DNA from: Lama glama
Lineage: Eukaryota
Direction of reading: 5' to 3'
DNA length: 64,000 nt
NCBI GenBank assembly: GCA_028534125.1
Contig: CM052817.1
Coordinates: forward strand, 91,266,001-91,330,000
Position numbers and translations under genes: made by a program. Positions 24,697 through 36,915 of the stretch are shown here, one piece after another. The notes beneath the pieces are model-generated. The model had not been told where the DNA came from and ran no database searches. It saw only the letters and a program-made list of their open reading frames with translations. The first letter of the stretch is position 1. Every line of letters starts with the position of its first letter.

Positions 24697-27600
24697 CTGC
24701 AAGGGAAATTAGTTCTATTCAATAAAAATGCACTGACACATTACTAAATTAAAACACATTATGGTATAAGAGATAAATATAAATTAACTCTCACATGAAT
24801 AACTCTAATATAAAGTCATTGATATATATTAGTCTATATAACTTATTTACAGAAATAATTTTAAAACCAAAACAATTTAGTATCTATACTTTGTAAAATG
24901 AATGTTGAATATAAACCAACTATTGAGATTGATTAGAAATTTCTTTATCCAAAGGAAAACAAAGACAAACCCTTGAAATTTGAACCCTGTATCAATTTTA
25001 GTCCAAAACTAACTTGGGGGAGGCAGCAGGGCAGAGAGGGATGGTTGTAGATTAACAACATCTATCTGGTCAATTACAATTCTGATATACTGCTACTAAA
25101 ATCAGGGGTTTAATACCTAGCAGAATCAGTCAGAAACACATATAACTAAATTCATTTAACGAATTAGTTCAATTCTTAGACTGTCTTGGGTGAGTGCATG
25201 AGCTTTAGTACCAGAGAAACTTAGGAATTTTCTTCACAATAACCTGCTTTCTTCAGGATCTCACTAGATTTTACCTAGGTTTTATCCTAGGAAATTTAGA
25301 AAGTGGGGGGAAGAAAAAGAGAGTGCGTGTCTCTACAGTTCCCACCTCCCCCCACCATGAAATCTTTGCTAATTCTACTACCTTCTGCAACTCTCTTCTA
25401 GCACTCTGTTGATTAAATTATTTGTGAAACAGTGAAGTATCCAGCAGTGGTCTGGGTGTCCAGGTCTAATCAATAGCTTGGGCTCCAGCCCCTGCCCCTG
25501 CCACTTATAAGTTCTGTTACCCTAAGCCAGCAAATTAATTTCTTGTAAGGCTCAGTTTCCTTTTTCACCAAACAAGAGTATTACTTACCTTATACAGCTG
25601 TGAGAATTAAGTGCAGTGATTCCCTTAAAAACCTTAAACAATGCCTGATACATAGATAAGAATTTCAATAAACGGTGATAATTTCTTATCACTCCTATAA
25701 AATTATAAGCTCCTTGAGATGAGGGAGAGTTATCTTAATTCATTGATATATGTTACAATTCCTAACATAGACTTTTCATATAGTAGGCATACAAGTATTT
25801 CTTTTATGCACTGAAGTTAAGGACAATCCACTGACTTTATAGAAAAAGTGGCAAATTCAAGCACCCTAATGATATACTAATGATATACTAATTTCATATC
25901 CTGACTTATAATACCGAATATTCTACTTGGTAAGAGATTCTGAAACATGAATATGTAACAGTTTCTAACATGATAGATTTTTCTCAAGATGTCCTCTAAT
26001 GGAACTAAAAGGAAGTATTTATACAAATTTCTTAAAACCACATTACAAATCCACAAGTTCCACACTTTAAAGATAGGAATCTTTTAAAACTGTTTCTAGT
26101 AACCATTTAATTGAAAAAAATTTTTTCACTCAGTCTCAAAATTCACCAAGTGCTAAAGCCTCAGCCTTAAACACACCAGTCATTTGGAGAGCATTTATAA
26201 AAAAAAATCCAGTGACTGTTTTACCACCTGTTGCACATCATCCACACTCTCAACCAAGGTACCAAGTCTCTCCAGTTGCTCTTTCCATTTATGGAAATCT
26301 GCTCAAAGCTAAACAGTTCCAGAGAGGCAGCCAAACCTCTAAGTAAATCTATCTTTAGGTGACCCTGCTTACTCTTATCTGCAGCTTCACTAAAGCAAAG
26401 GATTCAATCAGTCCTTCGAGCTCAACTTTAAGAAATTTACTCTTAGTAAGTATAAAATATATTACCATTCTCAAGTAATTTTTTCCAAAGTACCTCCCTA
26501 CAATACCCATATGCACTAAAGAACCTTGGGAAGCAGATTCTCAGGTTTTTAGGAACTTCATTCTCTTTGAAGTCCGCCTGTATTGCAATTTAGCTGTTGT
26601 CTTAGGTGCTATTAATAAACCATCTGGGGTAAAGTAATTCATTATGTAATTGTATTAAGACACATCCTAAAAATTCTACCATATTAAAATCAGTGATTTG
26701 GGTATTTGATAATAATACAGCAATAAGATTTTACTACTTTTTTTTAATGTTTCAAGTCATAAAACAAAATTTGCCAGAGTTATATATTATACTGCCGTTA
26801 GTTCTTATGTAGTTTGAGGTACATTTTCAAAACCACGATTTCATGTTGGTCATGTCAGTGAAAATTTTCTTGCTTGTATTTCTGACATCAGCCTCCCCTT
26901 TTCCCTTAAATTCAAAATATTTTCCTAAAATATTTCACATTTACAGAGTAAAACAAAATACATACAAATTTAAGAAGAATATTTAATTACTTATACTTTA
27001 AATTTAGAGAGTATCAAAAATGCATAAATTCTCTATGCATTATCAATCCAATAATACTCTATGTACAATCAACAAATGTTTGTTGAGGATTTACCATATG
27101 CCAGACGCTGTGCTATAAACCTGAGATACAAATTTGAATAGATCTCTGGCCTCGTGAAGTTTACACTAATAGTACAGAGTATCAAAAACATAAATGGAAA
27201 TAAAATATTTCAAAACCAAATAAAGATGCAAAATAATTTAAAGTTACTCTAAATTAAGAGCTTGTTAAGGAGAGCATTTGTTTCCTTTTTTTTTTTGATG
27301 CTTAGTAACTTTACTTTTTGTCATTTTTATTTACTAACTAAAATAACTCCAAGCATATTTTTTCAAAAAATGAATACCTGAGAGCTCACACTTAGATCAA
27401 TTTATAATAATGTACTTATGACAGTTCCCAAGAATACTTCACCCGTTTTCTTAAAAGTGAGCACTATCTCTTTTTACTTTTGTTAACATAAGCCATCAAG
27501 CAGTTTTTGGTAACAGGAATTTAAGAAATATTTCTCCCTTCCGAGTTTACGTAATTTTTAAAAACTTTTCAAACTATTTTGTTCAGATCAATAATTCAAA

Positions 27601-28453
27601 TACAATTAATACCAAAATTTTGCACAACTAAAGAGTAAGAATTTAACAGTGTTGTGCAATCAAAGCAAGCAAGGGCTGAAAATTCCTTAACTCTACTTAA
27701 AACTTGATTTACTGGTGTCTTTTTTCTATGCCTGTGTAGGAAATTTATTGGAGGGGGATAAAAAGCAACTCAGTTTAAAATTAGAAACAATGAAGTTGAA
27801 AGTAATCTGACAGGTATCATCTTCTAGAGCAGTTGGCTGGTCAGTATGCCTTGAAGAAATAAATTTCTAAACTATTCTGATTTTAATCAGTGTCAGAAAA
27901 CTAAATTTGCTTATGCCTTCCTTTACTTTTGTAAGAGTCTTCTTGTTCCATTTCCAGCTTTCTAATCAACTGATGTTTGTATAAGTAGACTATTCCAGAC
28001 TCACTCAACAGCTGTTACTAAATACCAAACTTGGTAATTAAGTCTGTCAAGAGACATACCTCTCAGCTTTGCAGAAGAGAATGCTGGCAATGGATCTAGT
28101 TCATAACAATGTTCTTAAAAGTCAAAAATAAAAATTAATAGCAATTTAATTTGAGAGCAATGGGAAAAAAATCAGAAAACACTTCATTAGGTGATAGTGG
28201 TATTCCCCTGCAAGCAAGACCATAAACTAATATTACAAGGGCATCACTCAGCTACCGCACCTGACTCACCACAGCTTATCCTCTAATGCCCCAGGGCTGT
28301 AACAGCAATAGGTGAGTGAAGAACACAAATGAACACAATGAAAAGGGGGAAAGGTCTAGGACACTCCATCTTTACTTGTTCCCCTTTGACTTTCTAATCA
28401 ATAAAGCTGCTTTATAGGGTTTAAAAAGGGAAAGAGTATAAAATTATTTTAAG

Positions 28454-28740
28454 TAGAGCTGTCAAATAAAAATACATCAAGAGCCATATACAGTTTTTTA
28501 ATTTCCAGTAGTCACATTAGGAAAAGTAAGCACAAGATGAAGTTAATACCTTTCACTTAACCCAGTATATCCCAAACACTGTCATTTCAACATGTAAACA
28601 ACATGAAGTTTTTCACTGCTTCAGTTTTTACATTTAAATTAATTAAATGTTTTAAAAATTAAAAATTCAGTTTATCAGCTACATTTCAAGTACTCAACTG
28701 TCACATGTGGCTAGTGACTATGGTTCTGAAAAGTATAGGT
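28454..28740. mobile_element. MER3/MER33-like hAT-Charlie relic
   Basis: taacccagtatatcccaaacactgtcatttcaacatgtaa...ctacatttcaagtactcaactgtcacatgtggctagtgact. Confidence 0.75.
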
Positions 28741-28755
28741 TAACTTAAACTAATT

Positions 28756-29181
28756 CAGCTATTCTCAAACTTTTTTGGTCAAAGACTTTTACACTCAAAT
28801 TATTGAAGACGACAAAGAGATTTTGCTTATTTAAGTCCTATGTTAAGATATTTATCCTATTTGCAATTAAAACTAAGAAAACTAATATTTAAGAAAAATA
28901 ACTTTTCTAAAACAAAGAAAAATTTAAACAGTAGCTTTATTTTACATTTTTTTGCAAACACATGGTAAAAAAGTTAGGTTCTCATACTTGCTTCTTCATT
29001 CAATCTGTTACATATCAATTCATGTAGTCACTAGAAACCTCCTCTGAACACTTGAAAAAATGAAAAGGCAAATAATGTCTTAGTGTTGCTATGAAAAAAA
29101 TTCTGATTTCCCAGATCCCCTGAAAGGGTCTTGGGCACTTCCAGAATCCTCCATATCAGATTTTAGTTTTTAAGAACTGCA
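28756..29181. mobile_element. Charlie1 deletion derivative
   Basis: ttctcaaacttttttggtc...tttacactc...ttattgaagac...aaagag start and gatcccctgaaagggtcttggg...aagaactgc end. Confidence 0.7.
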
Positions 29182-30318
29182 GCTGTAATTTACTATCAAG
29201 TGTAAATAATAAACCCAAATTCTATCCTCATTTTTCTCTAAGTTTCAGCTTCTAAACATAAACATCAGTGTGTAGATGAAAAATTATGATCCATTTCGGT
29301 ATGTACAATAGTATTTTGCCCACTTACTTACAAAGATTTTTTTAAGCTTTTCATAAATATTTCTTTGCATCCCTTTGAACATTTACGCTATAACACAAAA
29401 AGTTTAAATAATTATTAAGAACAGTCTCCTGCCTGCCCCTAACTAAATTTGTCTCTAAAGGAAACTGTCTGATGTTTAATTATCCTGAATGACTAATTAA
29501 ATACTGATGTTACTCTTTAAATCAATTTTCACATGAATTTTAGTACTAATGCTGCAATAAATTTTGAAGAGCAATTTCTTAAACACATTTTAAAATAGTT
29601 TTTTTTTAAAAATTACTGCTGTTCTTCCAGTTTTATTTCAACACATGCTTCATCTTTTCACATCCTGCTAATTTTTTTCAAATTGATGATCTTTTCAAGA
29701 TTGATACTAGATATTCCAATTTACAGTAAATTAGAAAAAAGATTTTCAGGCTCAAATTTCATGAACTTTGCAAACTAGACAGATTTGTTCTGTCCGTGAA
29801 AATACTTATGCTAAATTTCCAGAAAAATTTTCCCCTTGCATTTAATAACTGCATTAAAACAGAACAAAGCTTCTAATTACCCTATTTTTACATTCTCCAC
29901 TTTTTCAATAAAAAAAGAAAGGAAAAAAAGTCAAGGCAAGTATACTTAAGACAGAATATTTTAAACTGAAAATCTTCAAAAAAAAAAAACCCAGATCATA
30001 TTACACAACATTTCTGCATAACTATTAACTAACATTCATTTTTCCTATATTCATTTTCCTATAATAAGCTATATATATTAGAAATGAGCCTAAATTATTA
30101 AATAAATTATATCATAATCTTATCCAATATATAAATATGGCCTCAAGTTCCAATTTAACACAAAGATTGGCTAAAAGAAATTAACCTCCCCTTTACATAA
30201 TGACCTTAGACATATTCACTCACATGCTGTAAAGAAATCTAAGAAAAAAAGAACGTTCTCTTTCCATTAAATTTAGTATTTCTGAGCCACCTATCTTAGA
30301 GCTTTAAAAGTTATTAGA

Positions 30319-30405
30319 TATGACTGAAGTATTGTGCTGTACACCAGAAACTGACACAACATTGTAAACTGACTATACTTCAGTAAAAATGTATTTTAAA
30401 AAAAC
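30319..30405 (+). mobile_element. Severely 5'-truncated L1 (3' terminus only) inside a MIR-like element
   Basis: tgactgaagtattgtgctgtacaccagaaactgacacaacattgtaaactgactatacttca, homologous to the L1 end at 42430-42490. Confidence 0.75.
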
Positions 30406-31899
30406 AAAGTAACTTAAAACAATGCAGCATGCATGCATGCATACATACATACATAAGAGTCATTAGAGATCACCTAGTCAATCCTGTCCTTTTACAGAAA
30501 ATGAAGAGCCTTAAAGAGCTAGTTTAGTGACAGATAAAGATCCTTATCTCCTGACTTCAGGGTCAAGGCTTTCTCATACATCATAATGCCAGCGAAAGTT
30601 TTAAAAAGTATGTCAAGTTTTTATCACAAAAAAAAGTTTGTATGTTAAAATGAAAGTGATTTTTAATAAACACTCATTTTAATCTTTACTCCAACTTCTG
30701 ACAGCATTAATGTTGATAACTAACGCTGAAGTTGATAGTTAAGTCTCTAGAGGAGGAAAATAAAAGCAGAAATACATCCTCTAGCATCTTAACACATAAC
30801 AGTAATGATAACACTAAGTGCTTTATACTTACTTAGAAACAAGTTATGCTAACAATATTCAACTTAAAGTTCATCTCCTCTAGTTCTCCTTAGTATCACT
30901 CATTCTACACTAATTATCAACCCATTATAGCAATCACTGTAGTTATATTAACATTTATGTCCATTTTACAAATACAAATCTTACAAACATCACTCCCCCA
31001 ACATCACTGGAAACTGGCAGCAATAAAAATTTAGACCTATGATTCCTCATTTTCTGGACCATCTTTCCTCAACTTTTAACTCACTGAGTAAACCTTGGGT
31101 AAATTAGCAAACCTGTCTCAAATTTCCTTCTAAAATAGGGCTTGTAAAGGAGCTTCAGATTACATGAACAAGATTAAAGAAATAATTTACTGTAGCCTGT
31201 CTATATGCATCCACTCCAAGCAAAGAATCTACAGGTCACATTCAGTTTTGATAATTTCAAAAATACCTTCTATTGGCAAAACTAAGCCCTCTTACATCTA
31301 CAGTATTTTGCAAAATTCTAACTGCATAGACTATTCTAAGGTTCTGACAACCACTGGGAACATTTCTGGAAATATATATGCTCAACACTACCGTCCCAAA
31401 CAATTAGAAGTATTGTTAGTACCAGTAATATAAAGCCAAAAATTCCATCCCTTAATTCATATTATATTAATGGGCTGAACATACACAAAGGGACTAAATT
31501 CTCATTGTACTCTGCCTCTTTTTCACTAAAATTTAAGTTCTTGCTCTGACCAGAAAATAACTGTCAAATGTACTTTAACCACTACTTAATAAACTGTGAC
31601 TTTTCTTTATTATGTGCTATACGATATATATGGTTGTATTTATTCAGACTTTAAAGTTATGTTAAAAATACCTGTGTTCATTATTTCTCCCAATCGAATT
31701 AAATCACAGGGTTTCACCAACCAAACCACTAACTTCCCTACCTAAATACAATGGATGGGAAACAGAGAGTAAGATAGATCTTTCACATTACTCTTCGGTG
31801 AATATTTCCCATTTTCCAATTCCCAACGATGGCGATGTGACATAGAACCCAGGGAAAGAAACGTTTACGCTTACTGCAGTAAGCAAACAGTATTCAAGC

Positions 31900-33770
31900 A
31901 CTGCTACGCCGATTCAAGGCCCTCACTGCGCTGTCTGCTATTAAGTAAAGCTGCTTTTTCTATGTAACTTAAGTCCGTGCCCTTCCGCTGCAGCAGTGGC
32001 GCTGCACATCCCCCACCCCCGCGGCCACTTCCGTGTTTACACTCCTCTTCCCTCCAATTCCATGCGTACATTGTCAGCTTCACTCCCGCCCAATCTTCAT
32101 TGGCCCAGCGCGGGCTCGGAGACCCGCCCCCAGAAACCAACGTTCTTATTTGGAACATCTCAGCAAGCAGATTGGAACCAGAGCCCTGTCAATCCCGGCC
32201 GTTCTGTCCTCTCCGAGGCGCTTCCGCTATGGTGGGAGGCTTGGGGGGGAGGGGAAAAGGGGGCAATTCCGTGCTGAGACTTCCCTAGGGCCAAGACTCT
32301 CTCCCGCCCGCCCTACTCCTCCACCTTCACCCACTGTTTACAAAAATAAACGTTCTTCTCCTACGCCCCAACGCTCCAGGTCAGAGGTGCAAAATATATC
32401 CCGTGTCCTTCCCAATATTCCCCCCCCACAAAAAACAACCCACGAGGGAAGGGGCATAAACCTACTTCTTCACAGCCGCCCACTAAATGAGGAAAGGGAG
32501 GCGGGCCCCTGAGAGAACCACTACCCCGGGCGGCTCCACATTATTAAGTGACCCTTTCCAGAACCGTTACTCCTGAGACCGCACAAGGTGTGGATGTGAA
32601 GAGGAGGGTCAGAGCATTTTTTTTGGCGGGTATCGGTCTACCGGACATGGCCCGGGGCTACCTCGTCCACGAGGAAGTCGAGGATTTGTGGACGGAGTCT
32701 GAAAGGAGAACGGGGCGGGGGTGGCGAGCGTCCACCGGAGAAGCCCGCCGCCCCCGACCGCGAGCAGTAGCGGCCTCTCCGGCCAGACAGCGTGGCAGGC
32801 GCAGCCGGTAGACAACAGCCTCACTCACTTCCTGGTTCCTCAGCAACTGGGGTGAAGCGCACAACTCGTCCGCCCCCGAGTCCCCAACTTAACTGCGGCT
32901 TGGTTCCCCGGCACCCGCTGCCAGAGCTCCGCCCGACAGCTGCTGCCGCTGCTCCACAAACCCACCCTGAAGCGACAGCGCCAGATTCGAGGCAGGTTAC
33001 TCTCCAAGGTGATCACTTCCTGATTCGTCGCCTCCATTACTTCATTCACTACCCCCCTTTCCCCCGGCCGCCCCAGGGACTGAGATGGACACCGTACCCC
33101 CTGCACTGACCGCTACAGGGAAGTCTCCCCGCCTTCTGTGCACCCCCTCGCCTGCTGCACTGATGCACAGGAGGAAAGTTCCCCTGTCCTTACCAGCCCG
33201 GATGAGCAGATCCAGCTGGTTCGTGGGTCCCTCATGCAGAGACGTCGCCATGTTTATCCCGGGGCTGGAGCTGCTGCTTCACATTGACTTACACCGTGAG
33301 CAGCGGCGGCAGGGGAGGAGGCGGAACCCGCGGCCGGAGACACACGCCGTGCGGCCGACACACACTCACGCACTCGCACACACTCAGACGCCCGGATCCT
33401 TGCGCGTCCTCCGACAGGAAGCCGAGGCCGGCCCGCCTCCTGCCGCCGGGCTGAGAAACCCCACCACCTAACGGCAGGGGCGGCGGCGGCGGCGGTGGCC
33501 GCCTCGGCTGGCAACGCGATCCTTCCGCCCCGCGCCCAGACAGGAAGTCCCGGACGCCCGCCCCGGGGAGCGGCCGCGGCCCGCGGCGGGAGGGACACCT
33601 GAGGCTGGAAGTCGTCCCGGGAGCTGCGGCTAAGACAAGGCCCCTCGGCAGGAAGAGGCACATTTCACGCTCTGCGGAAGAAAAGTCTGCAATTGTCCCC
33701 ACGCTAGAAAAGAGCCATTAGTCAAATGTTCTTTCTGGAGGAGATCAAATGCCTAGTCCCGCGGCTGTAA
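31900..33770 (-). promoter_or_regulatory. Intragenic CpG island / alternative ELF2 promoter(s)
   Basis: Sharp GC- and CpG-rich island in AT-rich intron, with GC boxes, CCAAT boxes, multiple GGAAGT motifs and a (GGC)n tract near 33479-33500; contains the NERF-1 first exon. Confidence 0.93.
33194..33251 (-). CDS. ELF2: ELF2 alternative first coding exon (short NERF-1/ELF2B isoform)
   Basis: aacATGG strong Kozak context; MATSLHEGPTNQLDLLIRA then GCTG|gtaagg phase-1 donor. Splices in frame to 24696, giving 1605 bp / 534 aa. Confidence 0.95.
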
Positions 33771-34285
33771 ATAAAGGTGGTTATTTAACTCGTTTTGGGC
33801 GTTCACTTCAAAGAGCTGTACTTTAAAACAACAATACCAACCAAAAGAGTCATACCTACAAAAAAAGCTTTACTTGGACAAAGTAAGGCACTTCCAACTA
33901 CTCAGAGACCGACTTCGTCTTTTTCCCTCTACAGAAGTGTTAAAGAGCACACTAAACAGGTGTTTATTAGCAAATAACAGAACATGCCAGCCTCAGAGAT
34001 TGGATTATCCCTCCCCAATGTGCCAGTCATGAAACTTCTGTACCCTCCTGCATTTCTATTTGGTTCATTTGGAAACAAACGTATTCATTTATATTGCCAT
34101 CTACTTTTAAACATCTTTTTGATAAAACTATCCTTATTGCATATAATGTACATATTATAATAGAAGTGGGGGATAACTGTCATTTAGTGACTATAAACTT
34201 ACTGACAACACAGGAAATCAACCCAATAAAATGACTCAGATGAAGCTTCATTCAAACAAAAAGTACTCCACTGGCTTCAGAATTT

Positions 34286-34445
34286 TATACACACACACAC
34301 ACACAAACTGTATATAACTGAATATATATAATTTAATATATATAGCTGAATCACTTTGCTGTACATCTGAAACTAAAAGACCATTGTAAATCAATTACAT
34401 TTCAATTTAAAAAATTTTTAATTAAAAAAATAATTTAAAACAAAA
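34286..34445 (+). mobile_element. L1 3' terminus with (AC)n/(AT)n
   Basis: tagctgaatcactttgctgtacatctgaaactaa...ttgtaaatcaattacatttcaat plus A-rich tail. Confidence 0.75.
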
Positions 34446-35439
34446 TGTTGCCCTGAAGTCGTTTCTACACAAAATTTACGTAAAACTATGCCTCCTATAG
34501 AGTTAGTGCTCAGTAAGTATTTGCTGAATAAACACAAAAAAGACTTGGTAGTTACAAATTCTAAATTACAAGGTGTAATTTTTATGATCTAAATTGAATG
34601 AACTGTGCTGATAACTAGAGAAAAATTTTTTCCCAGTGATAATATTAATTTAGTATCATTTTATAAAAGTTTGTCCAACAAGTCAGTGTGACTTCAGAAT
34701 AGATTTACATAGCCTCTGACTGGGGTTTTTTGATTTCTGTTTTTTGTGTTTTCTATTTTATTCTCTTGGTCATTTCCCCTAACCCTATCACCATGATCCC
34801 CACCCTCCCCAAAAAGAACCTATATGCCATTTCCAAAGTACAGCTCCCCTTAAACTATGTAAGGACCTCTTTTTTGCATTAGGTAAATTTGCCACTTATT
34901 GGACAAAAAGAAAATATATGATTGGTAGCTTTTATTTTTTGTTTCTAGTCAATTTAAAATAAGGGCCATCCATTGATGGGAAGCATCTTAAACTGAGATG
35001 GTTTCCAGGTGGGGGGATGATAATAGGAACACTAAGGGGCTAACTGCTAGCTTTAGGAGATCATTGAAATTGTTAACAAATCTGAATTTCCACTCCTGTC
35101 AACTAACAGATTTTCATGTATTGTATTTAAAAGGGAAGAGAGTAATGTAAGCCAAAGATTTATTTTTTTCTGGAGATGACAGATTAACTTGGCTCAAAAA
35201 GGAGCACCCTTCTCAATACAAGAGTCAGTATGAAGCCCGATAGGTAACTTTCACCTAATTTGCTTCTTGAGATATATCTTAAGAAGTGAATACTGTCTGT
35301 GTATTTTATTTTCTGTACATCTTGATTATATGGATTCATGTCAGCCTTGTATTTTAAGTTCCAAGAGAATAAAAGCTGTATCTACTCCTGCATAATACTT
35401 CACAATAGATACAGTTACATATTTATACATGTGTGTATG

Positions 35440-35462
35440 GATATATATATATATATATATAT
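35440..35462. repeat. (AT)n microsatellite
   Basis: About 11 AT units. Confidence 0.95.
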
Positions 35463-35759
35463 TGACATCATCTATTTCAAAGTAATTGCCGTATTCTAGT
35501 AAGAAAAAAAAGTAATCGCAAATTCTTATTAAAATAAAAGCCACTATGCAAAGTGTTCTACCTTCATTTTTTCCCCACTTATTCCTCTCTATATTCCTGT
35601 GAAATAGATATTACTATTGCACTCATTTTATAGGAATCTTCACCAAGGTCATAGAGTTCATGGGACACAGGGCCAGGATTTGAACCCATGAACTGACTCT
35701 AGAGTCCTTACTCTCAAACAACTCCCCAAGCACCAAGGTAATAAGACCTGTTTATCTAT

Positions 35760-36243
35760 TTGATGTATTTAGTACCTACTGATTTTCTTTTCTGAAAATT
35801 CTTTTATACTCCTTGCTTTAAGAGGTGGAATCAAATTCCTCTCTTCCTTTGACTTAAATGACTCACTTTTAATAAATAGAATAAAGCTGAAGTGATGGTG
35901 TGCAACTTAAGAAACTGTCTCTTGATCTCTTCCTTTTGGGTCACACTCTGAGAGAAAGCCAACGGCCATGTCATGAGTACTCAAGAAACTGTGCGGAGAG
36001 GACCATTAGGTAAGGAACAGTGGCATCCTGCCAACAGTCATGTGACTAAACTATCTAGGACACAGACCCTCTGCCAGAATCAAGCCTTCAGATGACTCTG
36101 GCCTCATGAAAGATCCTGAGTTAGAATCACGCAAGTAAGCCAGTCCCTAATCCTTAACCTCAAAAACTGGGCAATATAATGTTTGTTGTTTTAAGCTGCT
36201 AAATTTGGGGTATTTTGTTAATCAGCAAAAGATCATTAATACA
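35760..36243 (+). mobile_element. MLT1 (ERVL-MaLR) solo LTR
   Basis: caagccttcagatgact...tgttgttttaagctgctaaatttggggtattttgtta...taataca terminus. Confidence 0.85.
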
Positions 36244-36752
36244 GAAGGAAGGAGCAGTTTAAACTCCCAACTTGTCACATGTCACAGCTTGGATAAAGAA
36301 AGAAAAGGGAAAAGTTTACAAATGATCTCTAACTTTCAACTACAGAGTCCTGAGCAGTTCTTTCCATTTCTTTTTGAACGTATCATCTGAGTATCAGTTC
36401 TTTTATCCTCCAACCTCTCCATTTTGAAAATAAATCTTTAAAATACAATCATTATCATTAAAGTCTAATATAACCAAAAATAATTAGATATCCTTGGCTA
36501 TTTGAATGATTTTATGGTCCTATAGTAACCAAGATGGAAAAAATTCTTGAGAGACAGGTAAATATACAATTGTTTCCAATACCATATAGGCTTTAAATGC
36601 TTTTACTTTTAGCTTATCCTGGGGATTTTCTTTGTATTTTCTCTTTATCTAGTATAAAGAATCATAAAATGTTATGGTTGGAAAGGAGCCTATAGCCCAC
36701 ATCACCTAGAGGTTTTCAAAACATAAAGAACCTGAACATCATGACTGCTTTT

Positions 36753-36915
36753 TCTTTTTTTTAATATTTCTTTACTATTGTATTATTTAATTATTTTATT
36801 TTGATGGGGGGAGGTAATTAGGTTTATTTCTTTTTAGAGGAAGGACTGTGGATTGAACCCAGGACCTTGTGTATGCTAAGCATGCACTTTACCACTTGAG
36901 CCATACCCTCCCCTC
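36753..36915 (-). mobile_element. tRNA-derived SINE (camelid Vic-1-like)
   Basis: A/B-box head plus tail aaacctaattacctcccccc and A-rich end; 13-bp TSD catgactgctttt at 36740-36752 / 36916-36928. Confidence 0.9.

Noticed and set aside
31904..33702. Many overlapping ORFs in the CpG island
   Set aside because: Expected from stop-codon scarcity in GC-rich DNA; low-complexity Pro/Arg/Ala products. Only 33194-33251 matches a known protein.
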